Assembly: GCF_009914755.1 (NCBI RefSeq)
Contig: NC_060926.1
Length of the DNA: 64,000 bases
Source of the DNA: the human T2T-CHM13v2.0 reference genome, Homo sapiens
Direction: 5' to 3' (one strand)
Of this stretch, positions 62,667 through 64,000 are shown one piece after another; position 1 is the first letter of the stretch, and every line of letters begins with the position of its first letter. A model generated the notes under the pieces. That model was not told the DNA's origin. It saw only the letters and a list, made by a program, of their open reading frames with translations, and ran no database searches. The position numbers and the translations under genes are program-made.

Positions 62667-64000
62667 GTGATACACATATTTTAAGAGTCCCTGGATGATT
62701 ACACACTGATGGCTCACAACCTTGACAATCCCCGATGATGGGATCAGCCTTAATTCGTCTGCAGCATCTTCACAGTGCTACAATCCTGACACTCCTTGGG
62801 GTCAAAGAGTTTTAGAGTATTAGTTACTTAATGGGTATAATGATCTTGGTTGATATGCTGCCAGGATTTGTAACAATTTTGCCAAATCTCAATCGATTTA
62901 AAGATCTAACTGAGAAGATTGTGCCTGGCTAAGTATCCAGGGAGTTGGTCAGCTTCCTTCCCAGGTCTTTCTGTGTCTGTCACACCATCCACTCACTTTG
63001 ATTATTTCTGTTGGGCCACTCACAGGAGAATTTCAGGCAAACTGGCCGCGGCTTTGGCCTCTTACTGGGATAATTGGTACCGTGTTAGCCCTGGAGAACA
63101 CCCCAAGGTCACTCTGTACAGCCCCTTGATTTTGGAGAGGAAATAGCTGAGTCCCAGGCATTGGAAGTGAATTGCTTAGAGTCACGTAACAAATTTAAGT
63201 TCAGGAAGAGATGACAACACACTTCACCATCAGCACTTGGTAAGACTGCCTCACCCCTGCCACGGCGCTAACAGCCCACATCTCTACCAAATTGTGTTTG
63301 CTATTTGGGTGGCTGCTGCTTCCATATTAAACATTCTGCTATTCGTGAATGACTCTGGCCAAATTAATGAAAGCCATACAGCCTGCTGGGCTTGTAACAC
63401 CCATTCCTTATGAATATTACACATGTTGGACCACGTTCACCCAGCAGTCCCCCAGGAGCGGGGGTTCTGAGTGTATGGGGCCCTACAAGTCATAGGTATC
63501 TCACTAAGGATGTAATTTCTGAGTGAATTGACCTTTCCTTCGTGAAAAAGAAAGAGGGAAATTGTATCCTAGCAAATGCGGGTTTCCATGAGCAGACACC
63601 CCCACCTGCTGGGTGACTTGGGAAACAGCAGAATCACCATTTTTCCTGACCTGCATCTTCCTTCCGCTCAAAGAGCACACGTGTCTGTTTCGTTCCAGGG
63701 CGCTGGATACATGCGTTGCACATGGAAACCTTATTATTGTACTTTTTGGGTTTTTCATGCTTATAGTTAAACATCACCACTTTCTCACTCAGCTGTGAAT
63801 GTCAAGAGCCTTGTGCCCTGTGGGCTTACTGAGCTCTGGAATAAGGGAGAGAACCTCATGACATCCATGTCAGCAATAGCTTTGCAGATGCCTTCGCAAA
63901 AGCCACAGACCCCAGACATGCTAAGGACAGGAACTGCTCATTGCTTACGGACTTACTTACCCGAGCATCCACTTAGGGCCGACAGACGGTAAGATTGACG

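Noticed and set aside
60200-64000. A second gene downstream of TPO
   Set aside because: Only LTR elements and short ORFs with no recognisable domain or splice pattern are present.

Overview
This is human (primate) genomic DNA carrying the 3' half of the thyroid peroxidase gene TPO on the + strand (2p25.3 by established knowledge). Exons 10-17 are all recoverable, with canonical GT-AG junctions and a continuous frame to the TGA stop at 59889-59891, followed by the 3'UTR and flank. Intron 10 holds the forensic STR TPOX, here (AATG)11, and the known 50-bp TPO VNTR (14 units). The introns are unusually rich in minisatellites and short tandem duplications, along with Alu, MaLR/MLT, MLT2, MIR and L1 elements. 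Two structures stand out. (i) A ~19.6-kb C-rich array of ~28-bp units fills most of intron 15 and contains near-identical block duplications of 628, 445 and 4830 bp; the 445-bp event can be shown to predate the 4830-bp one. (ii) A 5'-truncated L1PA element in intron 14 appears to carry a ~260-bp 3' transduction, the whole bounded by a perfect 18-bp target-site duplication and splitting an older minisatellite. I see no new protein-coding system; the many ORFs over the arrays are repeat artefacts. Repeat subfamily names, residue numbering and variant identities come from recall of consensus sequences, not from a search.
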